Assembly (NCBI GenBank): GCA_951406725.2
Contig: OX597823.1
Coordinates: 54,560,001-54,624,000, forward strand
Length of the DNA: 64,000 nt
Direction: 5' to 3'
DNA from: Octopus vulgaris
Lineage: Eukaryota
Shown here: piece by piece, positions 13,779 through 27,679 of the stretch
Position numbering within the stretch: the stretch's first letter is position 1
Layout: each line of letters begins with the position of its first letter
Translations under genes and position numbers: made by a program
Notes under the pieces: model-generated
Seen by the model: the letters and a program-made list of their open reading frames with translations, nothing else
Database searches by the model: none
Told to the model about the DNA's origin: nothing

Positions 13779-14007
13779 TTAACCCTTTAGCATTTAAACT
13801 GACCATATCCGGCCAAAAGTATTCTGCCTGTTTTATGTTCAAACTGGCCAGATCTGGTCTCTCACACCAACCCTACAATATGATTTTAAAAATTAACAGC
13901 TACCTCATCAAAATCTCATAGCTACAAGATAATGCTTGATTAATTCAAAACAAAGTGGATGAAGAAGCATTAACTTTGGTAGAATAATGCAAACACAAAA
14001 GGATTAA
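13779..14007 (-). mobile_element. piggyBac-like MITE P1
   Basis: TTAA-ccctttagcatttaaac...ggaTTAA; reverse complement of P1. Confidence 0.8.
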
Positions 14008-14867
14008 ACAAGAAAGGAACCTTCATACAGGATCCCTATGATCAATTATGATACCAGATCAAGTGGCCAACAATGTTCTGAAGTTCCATGCTTAAATGGA
14101 TACAGTAACAAATAAACCATTTCAACTTACTGTTCCACAGAAAAAAGAAAAAAAAACTGCAAATGAGTCATCTACAGTAGTTGCCAAAATTCTTCTCATT
14201 AGTCTTAATTAAAATGAAGGTCTTCAAGCTAACAGGTTTATAAAACTGTTAACTACCAAACTATTTAATATAGCTCTTTGTTGCTGGATGTTAATGGACC
14301 AGAAACTGTTTTAAATACATTGTCAAAAGAATATAAATTCAAATTCAATAAAACTTTAAATAAAAATGTATACCAGTATAACAATAAGCACCACACAGTA
14401 CACTCAGTTACCGCCAAATAGTTACACAGCAAATAGATGGAATACTAATGTAACACCAGAAATGAAATATATCTCAAAGCAAAATTGGTGTAGTGTATAT
14501 ACAGACAATTCAACTCCTCAAAAGACAATACTACACACAAAGGTACAGAAGAAACTTGAACGAAATTGTCAAAGACCTGATGTTTCTAACATAGTAATAA
14601 GGCTTAAAACTTTTGGAGAAGATGTCAGGTATTTATATTGGTCCCAAGACACTTTGTTTCACATTGTTCCAGTACACTCAATTGTAGAAATGAGTTGTGA
14701 CAACAGTAGTGCCAAGCTGCATGGCCTTTGCCTCCCCCTTGGATAACATCAATGGCATGGAGAATGGAGGCTGGTATTCATATGGATGACTGCTGGTCTT
14801 CCATAAACAACCTTGCCCAGACTTTATATACAATATATATATGTGTGTGTGTGTGTGTAATATATAA

Positions 14868-14901
<34 letters not shown>

Positions 14902-14989
14902 GTGTATATATGAACATATATATGTGTATATATGTATATTTATCTATGAATATATGTAAGTGTATATATGAACATATGTATATATATGT

Positions 14990-15359
14990 GACTGTGTGGT
15001 AAGTAGCTTGCTTATCAACCACATGGCTCCAGGTTCAGTCTCACTGGGTGGCACCTTAGGCAAGCGTCTTCTGCTATAGCCTCAGGCCGACTAAAGCCTT
15101 GTGAGTGGATTTGGTAGATGGAAACTGAAAGTAGCCCGTCATATGTGTGTGTGTGCTTGTGTGCATCTGTGTTTGTCCCCCCATCATTGCTTGACAACCA
15201 ATGCTGGCATATTTATGACCCTGTAACTTAACAGTTCGGCAAAACAGCCCAATGGAATAAGTACTAGACTTACAAAGAATAAGTCCTGGGGTCGATTTGT
15301 TCGACTAAAAGCAGTGCTCCAGCATGGCTACAGTCAAATGACTGAAACAAATAAAAGAA
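14990..15359 (+). mobile_element. SINE family A
   Basis: Head, CORE-like ttaggcaagcgtc and tail gactgaaacaaataaaag. Confidence 0.88.
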
Positions 15360-15409
15360 TATGTATGTGTGTGTGGGGGGGGTGTATATATATATACACA
15401 CACACATGA

Positions 15410-15700
15410 AAGTGCCATGGCTCAGTGATTAGAGCATCGAGCATACAATCGTGAAATTGTAAGTTCGATTCCTGGACCGGGCTGCATTTCATGTTCTTGA
15501 ACAAGACACTTTATTTGATGTTGCTCCAGTACACTCACAATAGCATGGAGAGGGGAGGCTGGTATGCATGGACAACTGCTGGTCTTCCATAAAACCAACC
15601 CTAGGCTGTGCATCCATTGTTGGGGTGACTTTCTGTCCAGACTTGTATCCCAGAGGGGAACCTCTTAGGTGCACCCATGGTCATGTAACTGACGGAGTTG
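15410..15700 (+). mobile_element. SINE family C-type copy
   Basis: A/B-box-like tggctcagtgattagagc / agttcgattcc; related fragment at 14640-14825. Confidence 0.7.
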
Positions 15701-15709
15701 AGAGAATAT

Positions 15710-15742
<33 letters not shown>

Positions 15743-16380
15743 CATACAGAGAGAGAGAGAGACACACACACACACATATATATGACGGTATGTGTGTATG
15801 CTACACTACCATGGAAATGTAATCTGTATGACTGGAAACTGTGTGGAAGCTCATTATGTGTGTGTGTGTGCGCACATCTCCCCACACTAGAACTTTACAA
15901 CCAGTATTGGTTTGTTTATATCCCCATAACCTAGCAGTTCAGCAAAGATACTGATAGAGTAAGTATCAGATTTTAAAAAATGAGTACCGAGATAAATCTG
16001 AACTAAAATCTAATAACATGGTGCCCCAGCATGGCCAAAGTTCAATAACTGAAGCATAAGAAGAAAGCTATATATATTATATATAATAAATATTGTACTA
16101 TAACTGAAAACTATGGCCGTGAATTCAAATACAATCCATTGAAACTGCTGCTGATGATGATGCCCAAGGTGTTATGTTTTGGAAAAGATGCCTCTTCCAC
16201 TACATAACAAGGGAATACTACTATAAAGTAAACATCTTAAAAACAATATCTACACCTTTAAGAATATATTGAAAACAGCTTGTGAATCCTGTTTGTCATT
16301 AAAACTAAAACTATTGGCCACTATAAGACACTATCACACAGTATAATTCCCAGATAGCAACCACCCTGTATGTAGACTAT

Positions 16381-16781
16381 ACTCTTTTACTTGTTTCAGT
16401 CATTTGACTGCGGCCATGCTGGAGCACCGCCTTTAGTCGAGCAAATCGACCCCGGGACTTATTCTTTGTAAGCCTAGTACTTATTCTATCGGTCTCTTTT
16501 TGCCGAACCGCTAAGTGACAGGGGCGTAAACACACCAGCATCGGTTGTCAAGCAATGCTAGGGGGACAAACACAGACACACAAACACACACACGCAGATA
16601 TATATATATACATATATACGACGGGCTTCTTTCAGTTTCCGTCTACCAAATCCACTCACAAGGCTTTGGTTGGCCCGAGGCTGTAGTAGAAGACACTTGC
16701 CCAAGGTGCCACGCAATGGGACTGAACCCGGAACCATGTGGTTGGTAAACAAGCTACTTACCACACAGCCACTCCTGCGCC
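16381..16781 (-). mobile_element. SINE family A (young, near consensus)
   Basis: Full-length reverse complement with CpGs retained. Confidence 0.92.
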
Positions 16782-18010
16782 CATGAACTTTTTCTTAATT
16801 GCTAAATTAATAAAGCTCTATGGATAAAAAAAACAACACATTTTATGAATTTCTTCCAGGCTGTAATCATTTTCCATCTACACAAAGTTTCTCACATCTT
16901 GATATGCTAATTAAAACATTTTTGATGATGTAATACAGGTGATTTCTAAACAGAATAAAACAGGGCTATACCTGATTACCACAAACAAGAAATTTAAGAA
17001 CATGGAATAAGCAAGCAAAAACACAAAATGTGAATTTTATGCATTATTCCCTTATAATAGCTTTATTTCAAATTCAAATCCTGCCCAAATGTTATGAAGA
17101 AATGAATATTTCCCTCGCAATAACTGTTCACCGGGGATCACTCACACACACACATTATAAATATATGTATATAATATATATCATCATCATTTAACATGTT
17201 TTCCATGCTGGTATGAGATGATTCAGAGAACTACACCAAAGACCAATGTTTGTTTTGGTATGGTTTCTTAGAGCTGGATGGCTTTTCTAATGCCAACTAC
17301 TCCACAGAGTGTAATGTTTGCTTTATATATGGCACAACCACTAGTGAGGTCACCAAGTAACTCCATAAGACAAGACCCTTCAACTAAGGGTTGGTAGTAA
17401 TGAGGATGGCTTTATGCCAGGTGATGAGATGTTAAAATATGAGAGACAGAAACAGATGTTTTGTAGTAGCTGGAAAAAGTGAGAAGATGGTAAAAAGTTG
17501 TCAAGGCATACCCTTAAGGTGAATAAAAAGAAGTGATCCAGAGGACTGGACAGGGTGAGTGGGTATGTAAGATGAGGAGAGTGTGGAAGAAGAGTGGAAA
17601 ATGGCAAGAGATGGGGATAGAGGTGAATGCAGTGAATGGTAAACATGAGTGGAGATGTGCTCAATGGTGACTATTAGTTGTAGGAGAGAAGTTGGAGGAA
17701 ATAGAATTGAATCAGGAAAATGATAGGTAGCAAGACAGGTGATGTAATGTGAAATATGAGCATTGTGGGAGAGATGCACATTGTCAGGGTACAGGGTAGA
17801 TATAGTTGCAAATGAACATAAGTAGTGGGGACTGACGTTGTTAGAATGAAAGGGTGTATAGGAGAAGAGTAGTAATGGAAGGGGAATTGAGCAGAAAATT
17901 AGATGGCATGGGATGATACTGAGAATATGAGAAAAAATTAAAAAAAGATGTTGTCAACATCTGTTATGGACTTTCTGGGTACTAAACTTTCTGGCACACA
18001 AATTGACACA

Positions 18011-18173
18011 GGTGCAGGCATGGCTGTGTAGTAAGAAGTTTGTTTCTCAAACTTATGGTTCTGGGTTCAGTCCTACTGTGTGACACTTTGGGCAAGTGTC
18101 TTCTCCTATAGTCTTGGACCAACTAAATCCTTGTAAGTGGATTTGGTAGACAGAAACTGAAAGAAGCCTGTTG

Positions 18174-18229
<56 letters not shown>

Positions 18230-18437
18230 TGTCAGTCAGTCCTCCCATTACCACTTGACAACCGATGTTGGTGTGTTTATGTCCCTGTAACTTAGTAGTC
18301 TGGCAAAAGAAACCAATAAAATAAGTACTAGGCTTAAAAAATAAGTCTTGTGCTCAATTTGTTCAACTAAAACCCTTCAAGGCAGTGCTCCAGCATGGCC
18401 ACAGTCAAATGACTGAAACAAAAAAATAAAAGAAAAG
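18011..18437 (+). mobile_element. SINE family A
   Basis: Head ggtgcaggcatggctgtg, central (TG)n and family tail. Confidence 0.88.
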
Positions 18438-19145
18438 AACAGTACATAGTGTAAATATGTAGTGTAAACATTCAAACCACTGTCACTATCTTTCCAAATT
18501 TTGCTACATTTCACACAGAATTTTTGGTCCTCTAATGTCATGTTTGGTATATAATAGTAAGCCTAGCTATTTTGGTGGTAAATTTTGATCTAAAGGAAAA
18601 CTCGATTTGTATGCTAGAAAATATGATAGTTACAATTTTTAAATTTCTTGTGGACTTTTCCAGCTAAATATTCCTGTACATCTACAACATAAGAAGTCTT
18701 ATCTGTCAGCTTGCATGAAAAAATTTCTTTGCACTATTTGTAATCCCATAGCTTGCAATGAATAAACAGTATAGAATTCCTACATATTCCTTTACTGCAG
18801 GTCAAGCAGAATTATTCTCAGACAACTGTTTTCTTGTTTTCTTTTCCACTCACTAATTAAAACTTTTATCTTTGCTAAGCTGACATTCAGGCATCTTAAT
18901 TCTAGAACTTTTTCCTCTAATTCATTACAAAAAAACAAAACATGAAAAAAAACTAATAAATAAATGGAAAATACCAAGTGAATACAGTTTTGTGGAATGT
19001 ACTAAATGATGATTCAATACATGTCAATAAAATAGAGTAACAGATGTAAGGTTTTATTTTCAAAACAAAAAAAAAAATCAAACAAGTATATAAAAAACAA
19101 TTCTGTTGATTTTTTGTTGTGGATGGCTGAGAAACAGCAGCTGGG

Positions 19146-19189
<44 letters not shown>

Positions 19190-19203
19190 CACACACACAC
19201 ACA

Positions 19204-19598
19204 CAAAATGAAAAGTAAATGGAGATTTATGATTGATACATTTTAATTTATTAACATATTATATTATTATTATTATTATATAATATAATACAAATATTAT
19301 AATCCTACAATTGTTTCAATTCAGTCCCAATAATAAATTTATAAAAATTCATGTTTATAATAGGCAAGAATCTCATCAGGGAAATTTTTGACAAAATATA
19401 AATCCTCATATGCAATTTTTGTCAAATATTTCCCTGGTGAGATTCTTACCTATAAACATGATTAAATTTATTATTGGGTCTGAATTGAAACAATTGTTGT
19501 AGGATTATGATATATTTATATCATATAATAACAATAATATAATATTTTAATAAATAAAAATGTGTTAATCATAAATCTCCATGTTCTTTTCATTTTTG
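19204..19598. mobile_element. Fold-back element (~190 bp arms) with hammerhead core; Penelope-like inverted pLTR
   Basis: Arms 19204-19397 and 19415-19598 are reverse complements; hammerhead core on the - strand. Confidence 0.75.
19303..19382 (-). ncRNA. Minimal type-I hammerhead ribozyme
   Basis: tcc-CTGATGA-gattc...gaatt-GAAA-caattg-TA-gga: 3-bp stem I, stem II, palindromic stem III, GUA triplet. Confidence 0.65.
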
Positions 19599-19976
19599 CA
19601 TATTGAATATATACCCATTTGGATTGTGGAAAGTTTATACCATTGGGTATAAAACTGCCAAACCACCTGCACTACCTGATGACCAAGATAGAACTGAGGA
19701 GTAAAGTTGAAATTAAACTCCCTTTGTTACAATGGCAAAGCAGATTGAAGCCCCCAATTTCAAATAAATAAATTATAGGCCATGAGGAGGATAGCATTGT
19801 GACTGGAGATCTCAGTGGTAGAAATATCAGACAAATTTCCTTAAATGACACACTGGATCATGTCCTAGAGATACAATGCTTAAGAGAGTAATGAAGTGGT
19901 CAGTCATAGCTGACGCAACCTTTGATCACAACTGACCTGGGGCTTAAAACAATTTTGTAAAAATAGGTTGACTTAA

Positions 19977-21610
19977 GGCATGGATGTGAGGTAAAAAGCT
20001 TGCTTCTCAAATACATGGTACTGGGTTCAGTCCTACTGCATGGCACCTTGGGCAAGTGTCTTCTACAGCATTGGGCCAACCAAACTCTTGAGAGTGGCTT
20101 TGGAAGACAGAAACTCAAAGAAGCCCGTTGTGTGTATATGTATGTGTGCGGATGGATGGATAGATAGATAGATATTGGGTTGACAAGAAAGCAATTTCAT
20201 TTTTTTCTAGTGTGAACTAAAAGTAATTTTTTTCATACAAAGAATGAACTTTAATCAATTATATATGTTCCATTTTGTTCAGTGACCTTTTGCCATCTTT
20301 CTGGTAACTTCATGATTCTGCACTCATAGAACTTCTGATCCTTATCAGCCAAAAACTGAAGCAAGTGCAATTTCAGGCCATCATTATTATTGAAAGTTTT
20401 ACCATTCAAAGAATTTTGCAAACTTCGAAATAAACGGTAATTCAATGGTCCAAGCTCAGGGCTTGTGAATGTGACATCACTTCCCAACCAAGCTCCAATA
20501 AATTTTCAAGAGTTAGCAAAGACCTGTATGATCTAGCGTTGTCATGGTGGAACACAATTCCTTTATGATTTGCCAATTCTGGCCATTTTTCTTTGACTGC
20601 TTCCTCCAGTTTCATTAGTTGACAGTAAGCATCTGAATTGATTGTTTGGTTCCTTGGAAGCAGCTCAAAATACACAACACCTTCGTAATCCCACCAAATT
20701 GACAACATGACCTTTAATTCAGCTTTCGATGTGGTTTGTGCTGGTTCATTATGCTTGGACCTTGATTGTTTTCAATTGATGTCATTGTAGATAATCCATT
20801 TTTCATCACCAGTGATGATTTGTTTCACCCCCCTCCCCCCAAAAAAACCGTCGATTTTATTGCGTCTGAGATGCATATCACAAATATTGATTCGTTAAGT
20901 GAATCTCTTTTAATTTATGTAGAACACATATATCAAGCTTCTTAACAAGTCCCTTGCACAGTTATATGACAATCAGATTCAATTATGACTGATTTGGTCA
21001 TCATCAACTTCAGTAGGTCGACCAGAACGTTGGTTATCTTGGAGTGAAAAATCTCCAAAATGGAATTTTTAAAACCATTTCTGACATGTTCGTTCTGTTA
21101 AGCAATCAACACCATAAACTTCACATACCTCTTTGTGAGCCTCAGCAGCTTTCTTGTTTTTACGGAAATAAAAAAAGCAAAACATGGCAAAAATGTTCGT
21201 TTTTGCTCTCCATGTTAAAATTAACACTGACCTAACAGTTGTAAACAAAATTGCGCGCAATTTGCTTCTAAAGTAAGCTAAAAGTGAAAACTATCAAATG
21301 TCAAAAGGAAAAAAAATCATAACATTGACAAAAGTCATACAAAATATCTTAACTATTTGCGAAAAACGAAATTACTTTCTTATCAACCAAATATGTGTGT
21401 GTGTGTGTATCCATGTGTTTGTCCCCTACTACCGCTTGACAGTTGATGCTGGGGTGTTTATGTCCTCGTAACTTAGCGGTTCGGCAAAACATTCCGATAG
21501 AATAAGTACCAGGCTTTTAAAAAAAAGTCCTGGGATCGATTTGTTTGGCTAAAACCCTTCAAGGAGGCGTCCCAGCATGGCCGCAGTCAAAAATGTCAAA
21601 CAAATAAAAG
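19977..21610 (+). mobile_element. SINE family A split by a mariner insertion
   Basis: 5' half 19977-20172 and 3' half 21394-21610 join into a normal copy. Confidence 0.85.
20175..21391 (-). mobile_element. Full-length defective mariner transposon (~1.2 kb)
   Basis: TIRs ttgggttgacaagaaagcaatttc / gaaattactttcttatcaaccaaa with TA TSD. Transposase pieces: EVCEVYGVDCLTERTCQKWF, WWDYEGVVYFELL, HHDNAR, SPELGPLNYRLFRSL, KLPERWQKV. Multiple frameshifts. Confidence 0.93.
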
Positions 21611-21630
21611 ATATATATATATATATATAT

Positions 21631-21828
21631 TTCTTTACTATCCACAAGGGGCTAAACACAGAGGGGACAAACAAGGATAGACAAACGGATTAAGTCGATT
21701 ACATCGACCAAGTGCGTAACTGGTACTTAATTTATCGACCCCGAAAGGATGAAAGGCAAAGTCGACCTCGGCGGAATTTGAACCCAGAACGTAACGGCAT
21801 TTCGTCCGGCGTGTTAACGTTTCTGCCA
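21631..21828 (-). mobile_element. SINE family B
   Basis: Matches 52409-52640 in reverse. Confidence 0.88.
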
Positions 21829-23207
21829 ATATATATATAAATTAGTCGGTTCTCTGAGAGTCCTCAAATCCTTGATAGGCCTGGGTGGGCTAGACATTCA
21901 AAATTACTGTCTCACCTAGCAGATCCTCAAACTAGTAACATCAACAGATGTTCCAGCTCTGGACGAGATCTCACAGATAACAGTAATAAAAACAAAACAA
22001 GAATGGCAGCTACGGTTTCTACTAATCTACAACGTATTAAAGAGCCTCCATGTAACCACTTGAACAGTTAGAAATAACAGCCAAATTTCCTTGAAATCCA
22101 AATAGAAGTTTAAAGACTACATCACCACGTTAGATAATGTAGTGGTATTCTTTCGATGAGGATATTTTATCTATAATACAGGAGCCTCTACAAAGTCACT
22201 CGATTTGCTAGAAATAGTAGCCAATATTACGTCAATTCATTACTGTCTTTAAAAGGATGTTAAATAGTTGGCGAATAGAAAGATAAATAAAACAGGTTAA
22301 TCACGATCGGAACGCCTTAGGTCAAGTTTACTAGTTCAGGACAAAAACTGGGGTTAAAATAGCAAGGTGAAAGATTTCAAATTGAAGCACGGGTCACCTG
22401 ATTTTTTTTTTATTGGGGGGGTGGGCGGTAGTTGGTGTAAGGTTAAATAATTCATTAAACTAGTTAGTACTTTGACAGGTACGTATCTGATTAAAAATGA
22501 AAGAACGAAAGACAAAAAGACAACCCAGGCAGGATTTGAACTAATAACATAATGCTTACGCGAGTGACTAGATGCCAATAAAGAGCGTTAAAAATAAAAA
22601 AAAAACTGGAAATTTACAACGAGTCAGTCACATGTAAAAGCAAACTTTGTGATTACACACACACACACACACAAATAGGCGTGTGTGTATGTGAGTGTGT
22701 GTGTGTAACACTAACATCGTGACTCAATGATAAGTACGCGAGGTCGGATTACGAAGTAGTCATGTGAGATGGTAAAACAATAAGCAAACAAACGATCAAC
22801 AAAACCAAATAGCAAATAGTTTCAGTTGTTTTGTCCCACAGTCAGCTAACTCTGCCTGAGCAGAGTTAAAGGTGTGTGCCCGTAAGAAACAACATCACCA
22901 TGTCGTTATAAAACAGGACGGGCACACACGCGGGATGAAACTCTTTAAAACAATATTCAACAATCGGTCATGTTTGTTTATGTGTGATATATTTCGTCAT
23001 ATATTGGCATACACACGCACTTATTAAATAATATATACTACATCAACTCGAAATGAGGTTAATTATTATTGACATTAGGTTTGGATTAAGTGCCAATACA
23101 CGAAACTCTCGGACCTTCAGTCACTCTGTTACTTCAGCTAAATATTAATTAAAAATATACATATACTCATATTTTGAGTTCTATTGTCTTGTTTGCACCA
23201 ACATGCC

Positions 23208-23239
<32 letters not shown>

Positions 23240-23339
23240 CGTGAAAATTGAGAGGATGATCCGGTTCTTGACTGAAGATTGAAGGTTTCGAATGTCCCGT
23301 CCGTGCTTTTTGTATCGTCTTCTAAATGTTTTGCGTTCT

Positions 23340-23432
<93 letters not shown>

Positions 23433-23559
23433 TTTATTCACCATAAGGTTGAGAAAAAAGGGGACGATACAGGACAGACAAAACAAACATTGGGGTCAGG
23501 GTATCGAATGAGAAGAAACATATGAGAGAGTTATAAACATTTAAACTCACTGGCATGCA

Positions 23560-23617
<58 letters not shown>

Positions 23618-23714
23618 GTTTTCAAATAGCCAGATAACCGAAGAGATGTCGTGGATTCCCACTTCGGCATCAGAAACTCAGTTTTATCTTGACTATCGAG
23701 TAATGTAACATATT

Positions 23715-23758
<44 letters not shown>

Positions 23759-24332
23759 ATCCAAACATGAAAACACAAAGAGAAAACACAACAACGCGAG
23801 GACGTGGAACAAATATAGTATTATTGGACGCTCAGGAGAGAAGGAAAGAAGGAGGGTTTAACGTTTCGATAGGAGAAGGGAAGATCCAGAGAAGGGAAGA
23901 CAGGAAAAAAAAGAGAGAGAACATTTTCTCAAAGCTACCCTGGTCTTATCTCCAGTCTACATCTTGCATGTGTATATATAAGCATTATGACACAGCTCCA
24001 CATGACAAAGTTGAGGACTCTCGTGAAAAACCCATCCCTCTAGATATCTGATGAGATGAGTCCGTCCCACTTGCCTACGAATCTCTAAAGTCATATGGAG
24101 GTGAGTCAAAATTGTTATTGAATAATAAATGCAACTCCTAACAAATGTGTAGAGTGTCATTTACTTTCGTTTGCTTACTCATTCGTGTCTGTGGTAAGAA
24201 GTCTAGTTCCCAAAATTGTTCCCTGTTCAGTCCCATGCGTGACACCTTAGGAAAGTGTCTTTCTATTATAGCTTCGAGCCAACCAAACCTTGTGAATGGG
24301 TTTAATAGGCAGAAAACTGAAAGAAGCCAATC

Positions 24333-24388
<56 letters not shown>

Positions 24389-24530
24389 ATGTGTGTGCGT
24401 GTCTTTGTGTCTGTATTTGTCTCTCGTTAGACCAAACTTCTTCAATGGCTGCAGTCTAATAACTGAAAAGATAAGTTACGTACATATGTATGATGGCATT
24501 GTGAGCACAGAATTTGGTTATGCTGTAGAC

Positions 24531-24772
24531 TAGTTATTCTCAACGGCAGTCCGTATGACCCTTGGAGACCCTGTAAGATTTTAAGTTTATGCGCAAATTG
24601 GCTATACTTCTACGACACACATTAATATCTTTTAAAATACAATTCCTGATAATATTTAATTATAACACAACAGGAGTTTTTTAAACATCGAATGGCTATC
24701 GGTGAGGTGGACCAGCAGAGTTAAATAGGAACCACAAGGGCCCATAGGTAAAAAAATAGTTGAGAACCACTA
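24531..24772. mobile_element. hAT (Charlie-like) MITE
   Basis: TIR tagttattctcaac / gttgagaaccacta; 8-bp TSD CTGTAGAC / CCGTAGAC. Confidence 0.8.
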
Positions 24773-25754
24773 CCGTAGACAATGCATAAACACCAGCCAA
24801 CCACACATCCACCTACACACTCACTAATTCACAAACAATAACGTGATCGTGTAGTTACCAGCAGTTTAACTAAATTCGGTCATAACAACGTCAACACCAC
24901 CATTGTTGCCACCCAGGAGCCATCATTAGCAACATAAACAGCGAGATGCTAATTACACCAATGGAAGTTTAAAAGAGCAATCATTACTGCACAGGACTTT
25001 GTGTGTATGAGACAGACAGACAGACAGGCACAGAGAGAGAGAGCAGTACCGATTAAAAAAGAAAAAAATGCGTGACTCCGATCCAACGAGAAAGTCCCTT
25101 TGTGCTGTTCAGGTCTGCACTACAGTAATTTTTCGATGGCGTGCCATTCAGAAATAAACCCCGCTAGCCGCAGTTTACTCGTAACTGCTCTGCGTGGTAC
25201 TTATTCTACCAGTATATTTTGACAAACCGCCTAGTTACGGGGACGTAAACAAAGCAACACTGGCTGTGTGATGGAAAGGGGACAGATACGAAGACACATA
25301 CACATATATGACGGGCTTCCACAGTTTCCGTCGACTGAATTCACTCACAAGGCATTAGTTGACCCAGAGCTACGGGAGATGACATTTGCACAAGGTAATG
25401 GTACAGCGACACTGATCCCACTGCGTGGTTGCTAAGCGAGTCTCTATACAGCTCAATTTTTATTTTACCTAAATCAGTTCTTACTTAGAGTCTAGATTAG
25501 GTATCTATGTGGACAATTGAGTGACATTATATAATTTGCTTAGAAAATATGTTAACCTCATAAAGGGATGGTTACACCCAATGACATACTGGTTCTATAA
25601 CATGTTTTTTAGGGAAATGAAATTCCCTTAAATCAATAGGTATATATTGAGCATATCATTCATGTTCAGTTGACTGAAGGGGAGAAAACGGCTGTAAAGT
25701 TACCAATTTGTTAATAAATAATTAACTATCACTCCAGTTTCTTTCTTTCAATTA

Positions 25755-26282
25755 ACTGAACAGGCCATAATGATGGGACACATTTTAAATGATCTTGGAT
25801 TATAAAAATAACAGTACCAAATACATTTATTACTTAATTGATATACAGGGGTTCAACAAATCTAAGATTTTACTATTTTTTACAGGCAGTTGGTGTTGGT
25901 GACCCTCATAATGTCGTGGACTCTAAAAGCAAAAATTGCACATGTGGTCGAAGCTCACTTCACTAGCCAAAAATCCATCGTTGCAGGCCAAAGAAAATTC
26001 CGTCAGCATTTTGGAGAGCAATAGACGTCATCCCGAAAGGTGACCCAGTGAGACAGGCGATTGCAGCCACTGTAGTTGATATGCTAAGCCGCAGTGTTCT
26101 TAAATGAGAAAGCGAGCTGGTGAATGTTCTCTTCGTGATGGTGACCATCTCCCGGATGTAATATTCAAATCTTAGATATGTCGAACTCCTGTATATCAGT
26201 TATGTAATAAATATATTTGGTACCCTACGTCATTTTTATAATAGCATTTAAAATGTGTCCCATCATTATGGCCCGGGCTGTA
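25755..26282 (+). mobile_element. Tc1/mariner-type deleted element
   Basis: 29-bp perfect inverted repeat ggccataatgatgggacacattttaaatg (25763-25791 / 26245-26273); right end ...ctgTA; internal RKRAGECSLRDGDHLPDVIFKS* resembles a transposase C-terminus. Confidence 0.7.
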
Positions 26283-27464
26283 CACACATACACACGTTTA
26301 TTGTGTTTGGAAATCTCGTAGATGAAAACAGGAAATAATAGCTGTGTAAGCCCAAGGTGAGGTAAGCTTGATTGAGTGGACATGATCAGACAGGGTGTTT
26401 AAACCACGGTCATACCTTCTTTGTTGAAGGTATAATATATCAAGGACTAATAATATCCTGTCCCACTTAGCCGAATAATCCTTTTTGAATAGCAGACGCT
26501 ACTACGACGTTCACGCAACACCTTTGCGCTTCTTCAAGAGTATTACCTCAAACTTGACGCAGTAATGAGACAGGAGTTAGAAAACTCCGAGTAAACTCGT
26601 GGTCTTTATTGTGGCAAGAGAGAGCTTGTTGCTTCGATTAAAAAAAATAAACTAGTTTGAGTAGGAAGATTTAAAATAAGAAAAAGGGAAAAAGTTCGTC
26701 TGCTGTGAAGGGAGACGGCAGGATTTTATTTAATGTTTTGGCTCGTTCACAGACTCGATCGAATTTCTGCAGTTAATTGATTTTGCATCGGTCGGCCTCT
26801 TGACTGTTACAACGTAATTAGTGTTAAGTACTCGGTCGGAGGATCTCGACAGGAGCAGTCATTGCAGCATTTCACCCCTCTGCTTGGCCATAGCGCAATC
26901 TACTTAACGAGGGAGCTTCTATATCTATACGGTTGCACAATATGTTAGAAGTACCAGCCAAATCGGCCTTGAATTACACCCTACTGTTCTAAGAAAGGAA
27001 ATTACATACTAGACATACTTTTAATGCTTTTGATCAAGATGATCCGGGGTTAAACAAAATCAGTAGCAGCAGGTGGTGTGCAGAAACAGACAGGACTGTA
27101 GCGAGAATACATGTCTAGATTGTTAACAAGCACACCAAATGCTGTTCTCGCTCCTACCTGCATGTCGCGAGACTGACAACACATTAAGTAAATAACAACA
27201 TACCGGTGTCTCTCGACAAATAACACGAACATTTTTTTTACCTGCAGTAAGGAACATGTATAGTCGATTGCGGGATACCTTGCCGAACAAGTATATTACA
27301 GGTGTTTTATATATATATACCCCTATATGTCAAGACTTCCTTTTACACTCCCACAAAAGCACCCCTTTATTTATTTATTTTTTTCAGCAATTTTTTTTTT
27401 AGAAATATGCGGAAAAATACGGAAGATTATGATTCTGAAAAAAATTCCCAAAATTTTTTGTAGT

Positions 27465-27514
27465 TACGGTAGGGTTAGGGTTTTAGGGTTACGGTTACGG
27501 TTTTAGGGTTAGGG
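27465..27514 (+). repeat. Degenerate TTAGGG/TTACGG telomere-like repeat inside a probable non-autonomous element (~27327-27675)
   Basis: ttacggtagggttagggttttagggttacggttacggttttagggttaggg. Confidence 0.7.
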
Positions 27515-27679
27515 AAAAACGTGAAAAATGAATAAATTGGGGGAAGTGGGGGGGCAAATTTCAAAATGCTGATTTTTAGCAATTTCCCGGAATCTCCATA
27601 TCCGAAAACGGGGTTTTGAGCAAAAAAAAAAAAAAAATTGGGAGAAAATGGGGTAGGGGAGTCTTTCCCAATACCTTTG

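Noticed and set aside
14366-14746. 126-aa ORF
   Set aside because: AT-rich, no motif, and its 3' part runs into a SINE fragment.
16545-16748. Recurrent small ORF ...[17 protein letters not shown]...EDTCPRCHA... (also 8953, 60874, 62306)
   Set aside because: Antisense reading frame of SINE family A, not a gene family.
19670-19725. CTGATGA/CTGAGGA...GAAA motif
   Set aside because: Stems do not pair; probably chance.
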